In this document: positions 14,401 through 27,199 of the stretch, in pieces
Numbering within the stretch: the stretch's first letter is position 1
How the letters are laid out: each line of letters begins with the position of its first letter
Assembly: GCA_964016885.1 (NCBI GenBank)
Contig: OZ024743.1
Location: 46,252,001-46,316,000, forward strand
Reading direction: 5' to 3'
DNA: 64,000 bases
Origin: Eledone cirrhosa
Taxonomy: Eukaryota
Made by a program: the position numbers and the translations under genes
Notes under the pieces: generated by a model
Seen by the model: the letters and a program-made list of their open reading frames with translations, nothing else
Databases searched by the model: none
What the model was told of the DNA's origin: nothing

Positions 14401-14665
14401 GTTTACCTCCATCATGTTGATGGACTGGAACAATGTAAAATAAAGTATCTTGCCCAACGTGCCACCAAGAATCGAATTCACGATCCTAATCTGAACATTC
14501 TAATCCCTACGCCACGTTCCTTCCCAAGCAGTGGCAGCACTGCAATGAAAATCAGACTAATGGTAATAATTCTTTCTTAAATTCTTTCTTAAATTCTTTT
14601 TTAATTCTATCTTAAATTTGAGGAAATGGAAAAATCGATTATGTTGATGTCAATACTTAACTGAA

Positions 14666-14905
14666 GACGCATGGCTTAGTGGTTAGAGCATTGGGGCTAC
14701 AATCGAAATATTGTGAGTTCAATTCTCGGACCGGGTGGTGTGTTGTTTCCTTGAGCAAGAAACTTTATTTCCCGTTGCTCCAGTTTACTCAGCTGTAGAA
14801 ATGAGATGACAGGACTGGAGTCCCTATCATTAAATCACACAAGACGCCTCCAACGTGATATACCTTGGAGGAGGCCAGCTAAACCTGCATAGGTGTGAGC
14901 TGTCA
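14666..14905 (+). mobile_element. CORE-type tRNA SINE
   Basis: A-box TGGCTTAGTGG, B-box GAGTTCAATTCTC, CORE-like segment, (CA)n tail. Confidence 0.85.
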
Positions 14906-14938
14906 CACATACACACACACACACACACATGTATACAT

Positions 14939-15058
<120 letters not shown>

Positions 15059-15384
15059 ACACACACACACACACAGTACTTAACTGTTATTTTATTTGAT
15101 CGAGTTCGGCAGGATTTGAACTCGGAACGTTAGCTGACTAACTTTATAGTGCAAAGTATTGTGATCGATCTTCTACCGATTCTGACAATCCAACGCCATT
15201 GCAATCATCCTAATGGCAGTGGAATCTTTTAATATAAATAAATGTTGGTATAAGAAACAATATGTTCATGATTACATTAAATTTATTGATTAATTTCTGG
15301 ATCAGAGGACACTATATATCGATTACACATATCTTCACTGACATTCAAAAAGGAATGTATATAAATTGAAAATTCAAATATTTA

Positions 15385-16061
<677 letters not shown>

Positions 16062-16489
16062 GGTGGGGTTATTCAATACTCTATTGAAATGTTTAACAAT
16101 AACAAAACTATGTAATTAGACGTCAGAACAGAGTTAAAGGAGCGATGCAAGTGTAAAGAACAAATAACGTAAAATATACTTGAAAATTGTTTTAAAATGT
16201 AGAAAATATTTTGCATTCGTGTAGTTAATTAGTGGAATATAATTATTTATTTACATGAAGAATAAAAACAAACACACACAATCACACATATGTATGTAAG
16301 TTGATATACTTACATAAATATGTCTGTGTTTATATACTTACATATATATAATGTCCATATATATACATATATATATGTGCGTGTGTATGTGTATGTGTGT
16401 ATATATATATATAATTTTTCTAATTGTAATTATATTTTATATATCGTTTCTCTAATGAAACAATCCATGTGTTTTGCAATTGTAATGAG

Positions 16490-16524
<35 letters not shown>

Positions 16525-16528
<4 letters not shown>

Positions 16529-16752
16529 ATAATACTAAATGTGAAGACTAAAATCCAAAAAGGATAAATATATATCAAATATATAAGAACCGTAAAGCAA
16601 ATATTTATTAAAATAACAGATTAAAGTTTAAGCAAAGAATCGCTGCTGTCACCCTTAACGAGATTTTCTGAAACTAAAAAAAATCAATTTGTGAATGCAG
16701 AAGTAAATATTTCGAAAAACGTTGCAACCGAAGGAAAACAGGAAGACGATAA
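16525..16752 (-). mobile_element. Penelope-like terminal stub with variant hammerhead; related copy at about 24200-24346 (+)
   Basis: Inverted similarity to 24200-24346; flanked by (TA)n; hammerhead-like fold followed by AATAAA. Confidence 0.6.
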
Positions 16753-16767
16753 TATATATATATATAT

Positions 16768-16927
16768 AACGAAGGAAGAGTTGTAAGGAACCAGATGGAC
16801 CATAACGTACCAGAGTACTAAATACTTACGTAGAGTGGGTAATAGAAAAATGTTAGACCCCGACGGCAGAGCCCAAGCCGTTTCGACGGCTATTTCACCA
16901 GAAATAGCCGTCGAAACGGCTTGAGCT
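16768..16927 (-). mobile_element. Terminal stub of the Naiad-type Penelope family (18130-20755) with a 5' fold-back
   Basis: Matches 20705-20750 and 48780-48915; 27-bp inverted repeat at 16870-16927. Confidence 0.75.
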
Positions 16928-17213
16928 TTAAAGGTCCCTTTAGATTGTTATCTATTCATTACTGGACAAGATATATGTTATGGAAAATTGCATAGCTGTT
17001 TATATGTCCAAATAGATATATCATTTGTGTAATAATATACATTATTGTTTTAAAAGTTAATCCCTTATATACAATTTTATATATTTAATTATAAATGTTT
17101 ATTATTATTTATTATATTGTGTTAAAGGTAGATCCCTCATATACATGTTATTAATTTAAATATTTAATTATATAATTATAAATGTATATATAGTTTATTA
17201 TTACATATTACAA

Positions 17214-17400
17214 AGGGCGGGGAATTGGCAGTATCGGTAGAGAGTCGGACGCCATCCTTTCTAGCATAGTTACGTCCCTTTACGGTCTGAGTTCAAATCC
17301 CGCCGAGGTTAACTTTGCCTTTCATCCTTACGGGGTCGATAAAATAAAGTACCAGTAATGTACTGGGGAATTGCTGGCCTTGTGCCTAAAGTAGAAACAA
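17214..17400 (+). mobile_element. Meta/MESC-type SINE
   Basis: A and B boxes and Meta-like domain as at 6037. Confidence 0.85.
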
Positions 17401-17649
17401 TTAATACATATTACATTAAATGTCTCTACATATTAAATATCCATTACTGTATATAATATATTATATAATTAAGCTATAGTAATTATATCAATTTATTTAT
17501 GTAGTCTAATTTATTTATTTATTTTCCTGCTCTGTAAAACAACTGAAATTCTTACATTGAGCTATTTATCTTACTGGTAATAAGGTAGTAGGAAATTACT
17601 GACCTTTCCTGTTTATAGTTGTTTATAGTATATACATAACTATAAATAG

Positions 17650-18131
17650 TATTATTATTATTGTTCTTTGAGTCTCAGTCATTGATGTTAGTTAACTGGA
17701 AAGTTTGTTGAAATGAATATCAAGCCACTACCTGCAGCCTCAGATATTCAGGACGTATCGGAGGGTTCTTGCTGTTCCCAGCAAGCATGCCTTTTGAAGC
17801 GTTCCAAAAAGCGTGGCGGGGCCAATTTTCTTTAACCATCCCTGGAAACTTTTTGAGATAGTCCCCAGTGCGCCTATGACAATCGGTACCACTTTGACTT
17901 CATGGCAGTTCCAAATCCTTTTTACCTCCCACTTTAAGTCCTGGTATCGGTTAATTTTCTCCCTCTCCTTCTCTTACACTCTCGTGTCGAATGGGCAGAC
18001 CACATCCACAATCAGGCACGATCTTTTTTCCTTGTCCACAACCACCAGGTCAGGTCTATTGTGTTCCAGTTTCTTGTCCGTCTGTATCCTAAAATCCCAC
18101 AGCACCTTCACCTGATCGTTTTCTATCACCG
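17650..18131 (-). mobile_element. 5'-truncated 3' fragment of the R4/Dong family at 27200-30975
   Basis: Reverse complement closely matches about 30505-30985 (RLE domain, 3'UTR, (AAT)n tail). Confidence 0.92.
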
Positions 18132-20754
18132 ACATAGAGAGCTACTATGCTTCAATCACCTTACCGCTACTTACTGCCGCCTTGGACTTCGCCGAAACAC
18201 TTGTGCCCATCACCGACCAGGAAAGAAAAATCATCCTCCACGCCAGGAAGACAGTCTTACTCTTTGATGACTCTAAATGGATAAAAAGAGCTCCCGACTC
18301 ACCCTTCGACGTCAGCATGGGCGCCACGGATTCGGCGGAGGTCACAGATCTTATAGGATTATTCCTAATAGCCAAACTCACCGATATGTTTCCTGCATTC
18401 GGTGGTGGATTGTACCGTGATGATGGGCTCCTGACCCTTAAAGGGTACAACCCCAGTAGTACAGATCGGGTCCGGAAACAATTAATCAGCTTCTTCCGCG
18501 ACTGGGGATTTTAAATAACCCTACAAACGTCCCTGACCCGAGTAAACTTCCTGGACGTGACTCTCGACCTCGAAAACGACCTGTACTACCCATACAGGAA
18601 ACCTAATGACAACCTGCACTACATCCACCGCCGATCAAACCATCCTAGGAACATCACCAACAACCTGGTCAAAAACATCTCCCTCCGCATATCCCGTTTG
18701 TCAGCTAATGAGCGGATATTCGATGAACATGCGCCTTATTACAACCAGGCCCTCAAGCGGAGTGGTTTCCGGGAGGAAATATCTTACTGTCCAGCTCCCA
18801 TTAGCGGAACCAGCAGGAGACACCGCCGCTCACGCAATGTAACATGGTTCAATCCTCCCCCACAACGCAGAGGTGACAACTCCCATCGGGAAACTATTCT
18901 TTAGGCTCATTGAAAAACACTTCCCACTACAACACCGCTACCACAACATAATTAACAAAAATACCATCAAACTCTCTTACAGCACTACACCAAACTTCGC
19001 ACAAAACATCGTCTCCTCTAACAACAAAAAACTCAACCCCGATGGCAGAAATAACCTAAATAGCAGTGGAGAGCCGACCAGGAGGTGCAACTGTCCGGAT
19101 AGATCCATTTGCCCACTCGACAATAGATGCAGAGACCGTAATGTGATCTACCAGTGCAACGTGAGGACGGACACCTCCAACAAAGCTTATATAGGACTAA
19201 CCGCATGTGACTTCAAGACCCGGCTATACCAACATAGACATACCTTCCGAAACCCGGCCCGGCGTCACGCCACTACACTTTCGGGCCACATATGGGACCT
19301 CAAGGACAACAACATCACCTACGATCTCACTTGGAGATTACTGTCCAGAGCCAATTCTTACACGGGAGGACGCCGTCCGTGCAATTTATGTTCGGAGGAA
19401 ACTTTACAAATGCTGTTTTCGACGGACCAACTCCTAAACAAGAAAGATGAACTGGTTACTGCATGTAAACATAGATTGCGTAGGAATTACCTCGCTCTCA
19501 AACCCCATAATGACCCGGGCAGGGTAGACTAGGGCTATAACACCCCACTTGCCGATTTTGCAATGGGTAACCCCTGCTTGCCAAGGGAGACGTAAGATCT
19601 TCTTTTTATTCTTTTATCGCTTCCTTTATTTCCTTCTTCCCCCATCCCTCCTTAGTCCTTCTACCCCAGTTCTTCTTCTTTGTCGGCGTCTTTTCTCGCC
19701 CACCCGAGGCTGCCCTTTGGCCTCTTGTAGCCTCAGTACCCCCACCCCCTCCCCTAGTCTATGAAAGATTTGGCGGACTCCGCTTTTTATAGCAGTTGTG
19801 TTAGACCTCGGATACTTGCCCCCTTTTCCGACCGCTCCCACTATTTTCCGTGCCTTCTATATTTCTTAGTGGCACTTATGCCTTATTTTCTCGTTTCAGT
19901 ATTTCTTTCTTCTCTTTTCTTTTGGGCGGGGTGGATTCTGAATTTATTTTTCCGTATTCTACCTTTACTTCGTACGAACTTTCATGTAGCTTGTATAAGA
20001 TCTCTTAGAGTTAGCATTAGTATTTTTTTTTTTCGGGACTCAGAATTATTATCTCTTACTAGTTTACTTTGCTGCACTGGGTGGTTGCTGGCATTGTGCC
20101 CGGGATAGAAACCTTTATTATTTATTTCGTGGTAGTTTCTTTAGTATTTTGGCCCCATTTGTTGACCCGTCACCGTATGATTTACGTACTTATACCTCTT
20201 AAAAGGGTCCTTGCCTATTCCGTCCCACCTAGTTTATTTACTTATTTCGTTATTTCTTTATTTATTTATTTATTTCTTTATTTATTTATTTATTTATTTA
20301 TCTAGCCTAACAATAGCTAGAGACCTAGGTCGTAGAACTTGTTTTATACTTTTTTTTTTTTCTTTACACTTATTCGCTTTTCATCACTCTCAGTATTTTT
20401 TCTTTCATATATATATTTTTACCCCTCATTGTTCTACCTACCGTTCCGACTTCCTCCCCCTCCCCCTCCCCAGTATCTTCTTTGACCTCATGCCCAGCTG
20501 TAGCTGGCACTACCAACGCATGATTGGGTCTACTCCACCCCCTCCCCTTTTTCTCCTACTGGCAGGTTTAGCCACCATCTCCCCTACTAATTTGCAATCA
20601 CAGAATTACTACTGACTTTTGACAATCACTTTGACCATATATGGAATTACCCCTTGAGAAGCTCGGCTATTTAAATACCAGGATAAATTTTCATTTAGTC
20701 CAGAATTAGCCGTCGAAACGGCTTGAGCTCAGCCGTCGGGGTCTTACTGGTTAC

Positions 20755-20755
<1 letters not shown>
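18130..20755 (+). mobile_element. Penelope-like element, Naiad-type (RT + GIY-YIG), 5'-truncated, with long 3' pLTR ending in a hammerhead
   Basis: DIESYYASI, MGATDSAEVTDLIG, GLYRDDGL, FLDVTLDL, SNHP; CNC..CPL..C motif, YIGLTACDFKTRLYQH, CNLCSEE. One in-frame stop at 18512 and one frameshift near 18860. Clade assignment from motif recall. Confidence 0.88.
20649..20742 (+). ncRNA. Type I hammerhead ribozyme with U3-A8 variant core
   Basis: Stem I ACCCC/GGGGT; core TTGAGAA; stem II CGGCTA/TAGCCG; GAAA; stem III ACGGC/GCCGT; cleavage triplet GTC (C at 20737). Confidence 0.7.
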
Positions 20756-20785
<30 letters not shown>

Positions 20786-20962
20786 AGTAAGTATGTTTTG
20801 AAACAGTGAACGAGTTTGAAATTAGAAAATATATAACTTTCATCGTATTTTAACTAAAGGAATTTTACCTTGATAACGGGGTTTAGAACCCTCAGATAAA
20901 TGAAATAGCAAAAAAAAACGTTTTTTAAAAGAGCTATACTTGAGCACGTGCGTAAGCATGAG

Positions 20963-21031
<69 letters not shown>

Positions 21032-21169
21032 ATAAGTCCGTACGAAGCTAAGAAGAAATGTGTGTGTATATGTGAGTAAAAGAGTGTGTATGCATGTAAG
21101 TATAAAGCTATGAGCAAAAGTATGTTAATATAAGGGTGTGTATCGGCATGTATTAATAGTAAGAGAAAC

Positions 21170-22731
21170 TGCAAATGATCAAGAGAAAGCGATAGGAATC
21201 TAGGGGTGTGATAATGGACGGGGTATTAGAGAAATTGGGGAGGTGAGTTGAGTCCAAGAGGGGAATAGGACCCAAGACGGTGAATCAGACTTTGTTCAGT
21301 CCTGGTGCGCGAGGCCTGTGTTCCATGATGTAAAAGGACACCCAGCACTGAAACATATAGGGAAGAATGACCAGGAGAACAGAAATGACGGGCGACAGGA
21401 GTATCCAAACCGAGTCGTATGTCCCTCAATTGTTCGGCAAAACGGTCCGCCATACGGCGTCCCGTTTGTCCGATATATGAAGATCCGCAAAGGGAACACC
21501 GCAGGGCATAGACAACGTGGGTTGATGTGCAGGTGAAGGAATGGCGGATACAGAAAGACCCGTTAGGGCCTGTAAGAGTGGTGAGGGTGGAAATAAAGGG
21601 ACAAGTGTTGCAGCGGGAACGGGAACAAGAATGAGAGCCGGGTGGAGTTGTGGGAGAGGACGAAAAAGAACTGCGAACCAGGGGGTCGCGGAGGTTTCGG
21701 GCGCGCTTAAAAGCAGTAATGGGTAGGTTTTGAAAAAAGCGAGAAGTGACGGGGTCAGAAGAGAGGATACGGAAGGAACGGAGGATATGTCGCCGGAGTG
21801 GTAGAGTCAAGGGGTGGTAGGTGAGAGGGAAAGGAACACGGGTGTTGGCAGGGCGAGGGTGAGGTTAGAGGGCTGTGGTGCGGTCTGTTTCACGGGCGCG
21901 GGTGAGAGCAGCTTGGATCAAGGTGGGGGGGGGGGGATATCCACACTGGATGAAGCAGGAAGCCATGCGAAGGGAATGGGTTTCGAAATTGTCGTCCTGG
22001 CTACAGAGTCGACGAAGACGAAGGAATTGGGAATAGACTATGGAGTGTTTGGTGTAGGCTGGATGGGAGGAGGTGAAGTCGAGATAAGATTGGGAGTATG
22101 TTGGTTTAATGTAGAAGGAAGTAGAGAAGGTGTGGTGAGAGTGATTAATAGATAGAGAGATATCTAGAAAAGCGACAGAAGAATCGGAGACGGAGGCGGT
22201 GAAATTAAGAGCAGGATGGAAAGATTGGACAAAAGAAAGAAAACAGTCGAGCTGTTCTCGCGATAGAGAGGTGGCGCCGATACAGTCGTCGATATAACGA
22301 CCGTATAGTTCAGGAGTCGGTCCAACGTACTGGGAGAAGATCTGGGCTTCGACGTAGCCAACAAACAAATTGGAATAGTTTGGACCCACTCTGTTCCCCA
22401 TCGCTACCCCAGAGACCTGCTGGTAAAATTCACCCGAAAAAGAAAATCCATTAAGGATGAGAACAAGCTCAGCCAGACGGAGAAGTGTGGTAGTGCTGGG
22501 GTAAAGGTTAGGGCATAAATCTAAAAAATGGTGGAGAGCGCGGAGGCCGTCATCATGAGGGATGACGGTATAGAGATAAGTGATGTCCAGGGTAAAGAGA
22601 GGGCGGGAGGGACCATGAGAGAAAGAGAAAGAGTTAAAAAGTCTAAGGGCATGATTTGTATCGTGGATGTGGGAGGGGATATTGCCGACCAACGGGGCGA
22701 GGATGGTGTCTAAATATTCAGAAATTATCAT
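21170..22731 (-). mobile_element. Penelope-like element, Neptune-type (RT + Zn motif + GIY-YIG), 5'-truncated, frameshifted
   Basis: LDITYLYTVIPH, GVAMGNRVGPNY, RYIDDC, FLDISL, SSHP; CSRSRCNTC, VVYALRCSLC..YIGQTGRR..DRF, PLGLN. 5' end abuts (TA)n. Confidence 0.9.
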
Positions 22732-22899
22732 ATATATATATATATATATGCATCGTTAGGCTAAATGTGTGACTTCAACGAGGTATTAGTTTCTTTATAT
22801 TTTCTATTCATTGATTCTGATGATTCCAATTTAGTAATAATTAATTATGTATCTGTATTAAATTTGGAAGAAACGTGCGTTAATTCATTTTGTCTAAAG

Positions 22900-23290
22900 T
22901 TCTTCTTCGACGATACGCTAGTTCGCCTCTAGGGGTAACATCAACAAACATGACACTGGTATTTTGGGCTGTCATACGATGAGTTGGCGTTCCCTATCTT
23001 TTTCTTAGTCCTTTCTATGCTATTCCATCATTTGCTCCTGTATAATGGGCAAATCTCATTCGTATCATTCTCCATGATGGTTTTGAATTAGCCATGGGTC
23101 CTTTGTAAACCCTGGTCTTGTCTCTGTGTAATGCTGAATCTCCTTGAGGACTACCTTAACGGTGTGCGTGACTGTGAAATGCTTGGTCACTTGCACGTTA
23201 ACTTTATGAGCAAAATATTCTAGTGATTGAAAGACTGGAGCACTCATCGTCAGAACCTACGGAGTCCAACAACAACTCTTTGGAAATTCG
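22900..23290 (-). mobile_element. Highly decayed Penelope-like coding fragment (post-RT region)
   Basis: Hand translation across stops and frameshifts gives GLRRF, CPLYRSK*WNSIERTKKK and SVMFVDVTPRGELA, which resemble PLE thumb/linker motifs. Confidence 0.45.
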
Positions 23291-23582
23291 AACACATATC
23301 CATTAAACATATATAATTTCTCCTTTAGGAATCAATTAAGCAAATCCTTATTCTCCATCCGCCATTTGCAGTATCGTAAAAGTAAATTTATTGAAGTAAT
23401 GTTAAGTACATAAGTAACCAATCGATTAATTGTTAGAACAAACATACAAACATGTCTATTTTGATGGATAGGCATTACTAAAGTGTGAAGGGAGCGTGTG
23501 TGTGTATGTGTGTGTGCGTATGTACGTGTGTATATATATATATATATATATACACATATATATATATGTATATATATATACC

Positions 23583-23670
<88 letters not shown>

Positions 23671-24009
23671 CATATACAAGGACTAAGGAAGATGGACGTG
23701 TTGTCCGAAATACAAATAATGCTTTGAATGGAGAAATAAAAATGTAGGGCAATTAATAAAGTTGTACAACTGGATTGATGTAAACTGGTCAGTTTTCATG
23801 ACTAGAGTGATATCCTGTCTTAACATCTTAACAGATATTACAATATCCATTTGTGTATTACACCAGTACTGGAGGCACTCGCCTGTCTTAATGGCTGTTC
23901 CAATTTAGGTACAACGCCAGCAAATGTCTTGTACAATAACTTAGGTGTGACCAATGCCTTGTATGTGTAATTTGGTATATGGGAACTGTGCAAAATATAT
24001 ATATATATT

Positions 24010-24340
24010 ATCTTCGTTTTTTCGTTCATTGCCAGAGAACGTCTCTATGCACCACCTAAGAGAACATTAGTCTACGACCTCTTTTATACCATAAACGTGG
24101 TTTTGTCTTTGCGCGTAATTGTTTTTCACCGCTCCTATTAATGACGTATTATTCGTTTTTTCCCGTTCTTTGCCAGCGAACGTTACCACGAACCAAAGTA
24201 TCGTCTTCCTGTCTTCCTCCGGTTGCAACGTTTTTTGAAATATCCAGTTCTGCGTTTACAGATTGACTTTGTTAGTTTCAGAAGATCCCGTTAAGGGTGA
24301 AAGCAGCGATTCTTTGCTTAAACTTTAATCTGTTATTTTA

Positions 24341-24346
<6 letters not shown>
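24010..24346 (+). mobile_element. Penelope-like terminal stub between (TA)n tracts, with variant hammerhead at 24274-24324
   Basis: Related to 16525-16752; AATAAA follows the fold. Confidence 0.6.
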
Positions 24347-24414
<68 letters not shown>

Positions 24415-24461
24415 GAGGTAAATATCTCACTGAGTACTAAGTACCCATAGAGATATATAGG

Positions 24462-24509
<48 letters not shown>

Positions 24510-24510
<1 letters not shown>

Positions 24511-24680
24511 CTTAAAATTAAGAAGAAAGCAAGAACGGTGGGGGGGGGGGTTCCTCATCAGTTGTCTACTGGGGGTCTCGGATATTTCAACGCTTTAAAG
24601 ACAATATATCTACACCCAGAGCGTTCAATAACTAGGTAAGTTATTGGGAAAAATGAGGAGAGAGAGAAGTAAAATAGAAA
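24510..24680 (-). repeat. Dispersed repeat in (TA)n, related to about 44760-44950 (+); probable retroelement 3' end
   Basis: Shared TTTAAAGCGTTGAAATATCCGAGACCCCCAGTAGACAACTGATGAGG. Confidence 0.7.
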
Positions 24681-24943
24681 TATATATATATATATATATA
24701 TATGAGTTAAAATACTAGAGTGTGTTGGAGTTAAACACCCTCTTCATATTATAGAAATGACAGTAAAGGTATAGCTCAATGTAATTAAACAGTTCTTGCA
24801 TTGTACTATATTTGTAATATGGTTCAAAATGTTATTCACTTCCTTAGCAATTTTTACTTGATAATTTTCCTATGCTTTAATGTATGTATACTCCATATTC
24901 TTCTGAGTTTTGGGCTTGTATTGGCCGATAGTGCTTCTTATAA

Positions 24944-24997
24944 CTTTACTTGCCCTGATGAGTCCTTAATAGGACGAAACATTGTTGGCTAATAAAG
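24944..24997 (+). ncRNA. Minimal type I hammerhead ribozyme in a Penelope-like 3' stub (about 24705-25045)
   Basis: GCC-CTGATGA-GTCCT-TAAT-AGGAC-GAAAC-ATT-GTT-GGC followed by AATAAA; distal CTTTA/TAAAG extends stem I. Confidence 0.75.
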
Positions 24998-25165
24998 ACT
25001 TTTGATGTATTGAAGGCTTCTTTGGTTTATTTTCATAATAAATAAATATATATATATATATATATATATGGGGAGGGGGGTAAAATGTAAACAGAAATAA
25101 CAACACAATTGGTACAGTATATGGAAGGAATATATTAGGTTAACGCTTGAAATAGTAGGAAGAGG

Positions 25166-25203
25166 TTTTTTATGTTTCGGACTCTAGTCTTTCATCAGAA
25201 GAA
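25166..25203 (-). ncRNA. Decayed minimal hammerhead, similar to 7802-7837
   Basis: Minus strand TTCTT-CTGATGA-AAGAC-TAGA-GTCC-GAAAC-ATA. Confidence 0.55.
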
Positions 25204-25329
25204 AGAATGAGAAATAAGATAGATTGAATGGACGGGCGGGTTGGAATTGGAATATACATATATATATATACGTAGGCGCACTATTATATAAACATGTTCT
25301 AACGGTTTTAAACTCTTTGTATTCATTTC

Positions 25330-25371
<42 letters not shown>

Positions 25372-25379
<8 letters not shown>

Positions 25380-25521
25380 ATACTTTGGGAGGGTCATGTT
25401 GCCAATAAGAAACACACGCACCAGTTGCTTTCACTTCAATTTATTATAATAAATTGAAGTGAAAGCAACTGGTGCGTGTGTTTCTTATTGGCAACATGAC
25501 CCTCCCAAAGTATAACAATAT
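25372..25521. repeat. Perfect 150-bp palindrome (75-bp arms, no spacer) inside (TA)n
   Basis: Centre between 25446 and 25447; arms read as exact reverse complements by eye. Confidence 0.95.
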
Positions 25522-25573
25522 CGGTTTCAACACACGTTTTCAGATAAAGAATCTTGCTAAACAAATTCAGAAA

Positions 25574-25676
<103 letters not shown>

Positions 25677-25722
25677 GTGTATATATATACACACATATAC
25701 ATATATGTATATATATATATAC

Positions 25723-25824
<102 letters not shown>

Positions 25825-26142
25825 GTCCAAAGAATTATTAGATAAAATATATACAGTATTTCCTCTCCCAATCAGTATAAATTAACCACACAAAAAATCA
25901 TTTAAACGAGGTTATAAGTTTAAAATGTACTTATAAAGAAATAATAGACAAATGATACAGATTCTTTTCCGCGATGTACAGCTATATGACACTTACAATT
26001 CTTTGGACTTTCATTTTTATAAATTGCTCTGATTAATAATTATTTAATTAATTCTTCATTGAGCCACGCCGTGAATGGTTGCCAAACGCATATATGTATC
26101 TGTGAATTTGTCTAATTTATATATATATATATACCCTTTGAA

Positions 26143-26198
<56 letters not shown>

Positions 26199-26744
26199 AT
26201 TACGAAAATCGTTGATATGAACTCAACGGTCTCTACTCAATAAATCTGCTAGATTGCAGTAATGTTACTGCAACCCGTAGTTCAGAGTACACATTTTAGT
26301 TAATATCAAGTACGGTGGCTGTGTTTTGGTAGAGATATGTTATACATCTCTCTCCTGGATGGAATCCATTTCTGTACAACATACTTCACAACTACAGATA
26401 TTAAATCTGTAGTGTTAAGAACATTACGTATTATTAGCAGATAGTTACATAATCGGGCAAATTGCAGGTCTTGCAAGTTGACCACCGACCTATGCAGTCG
26501 GTCTCTTCACTTGTGCTTGTTAATACTTGTTTCAGGACTAATGCCCGAACCAATTTATTTAACTTATTCCATCCCTTCCTGAGGTTACTACCCACATTAT
26601 GTCGATATTTCTTCGTTGTTTTTTTTTGTTTTTTCTTCGTCCAGCGACCGTTGTGTTTTCTTCCCGAATAGTTACCCGAGGCCAGATATTGATGCCCTGT
26701 GGTGAATAGTCCTGTCTTTAAAGCATTTGAAATTATTATATAAT

Positions 26745-26932
26745 AATTGTTTCTACTTTTGGCCCAAGGCCAGCAATTACCCAGTACATTACTGGTACTT
26801 TATTTTATCGACCCCGTAAGGATGAAAGGCAAAGTTAACCTCGGCGGGATTTGAACTCAGACCGTAAAGGGACGTAACTATACTGGAAATCATGGCGTCC
26901 GACCCTCTACCGATACTGCCAATACACCGCCT
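26745..26932 (-). mobile_element. Meta/MESC-type SINE
   Basis: Reverse complement of 17214-17400. Confidence 0.85.
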
Positions 26933-27024
26933 TTTATATTATATAATAATATAATGATCCACAAATGACATCCGATGAGCGAGAATTGACCTTGTGTTTG
27001 TGTCTTTCGAATATATAATGTGTG

Positions 27025-27128
27025 TATACATACATACATACATACATACATACATACATACATACATACATACATACATACATACATGATGATGGATGCC
27101 CCCTCGTTATCGAGTATGGCCATTGCAC
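27025..27128 (-). mobile_element. RTE 3' terminus (hairpin + (GTAT)n tail), probably the displaced end of the RTE at 33223-34527
   Basis: Nearly identical to 34722-34760; joins cleanly to 33223. Confidence 0.7.
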
Positions 27129-27145
27129 AAGAAAAAGAAAAAAAA

Positions 27146-27196
<51 letters not shown>

Positions 27197-27199
27197 GAA

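Noticed and set aside
18873-19532. Selenocysteine recoding as reported for some Naiad elements
   Set aside because: Conserved Cys positions are ordinary Cys codons here and at 52824-53078; no in-frame TGA in these segments.
23680-23715. GGAC-GTGTT-GTCC-GAAA as a hammerhead
   Set aside because: The core and stems I and III are missing; at most a relic.
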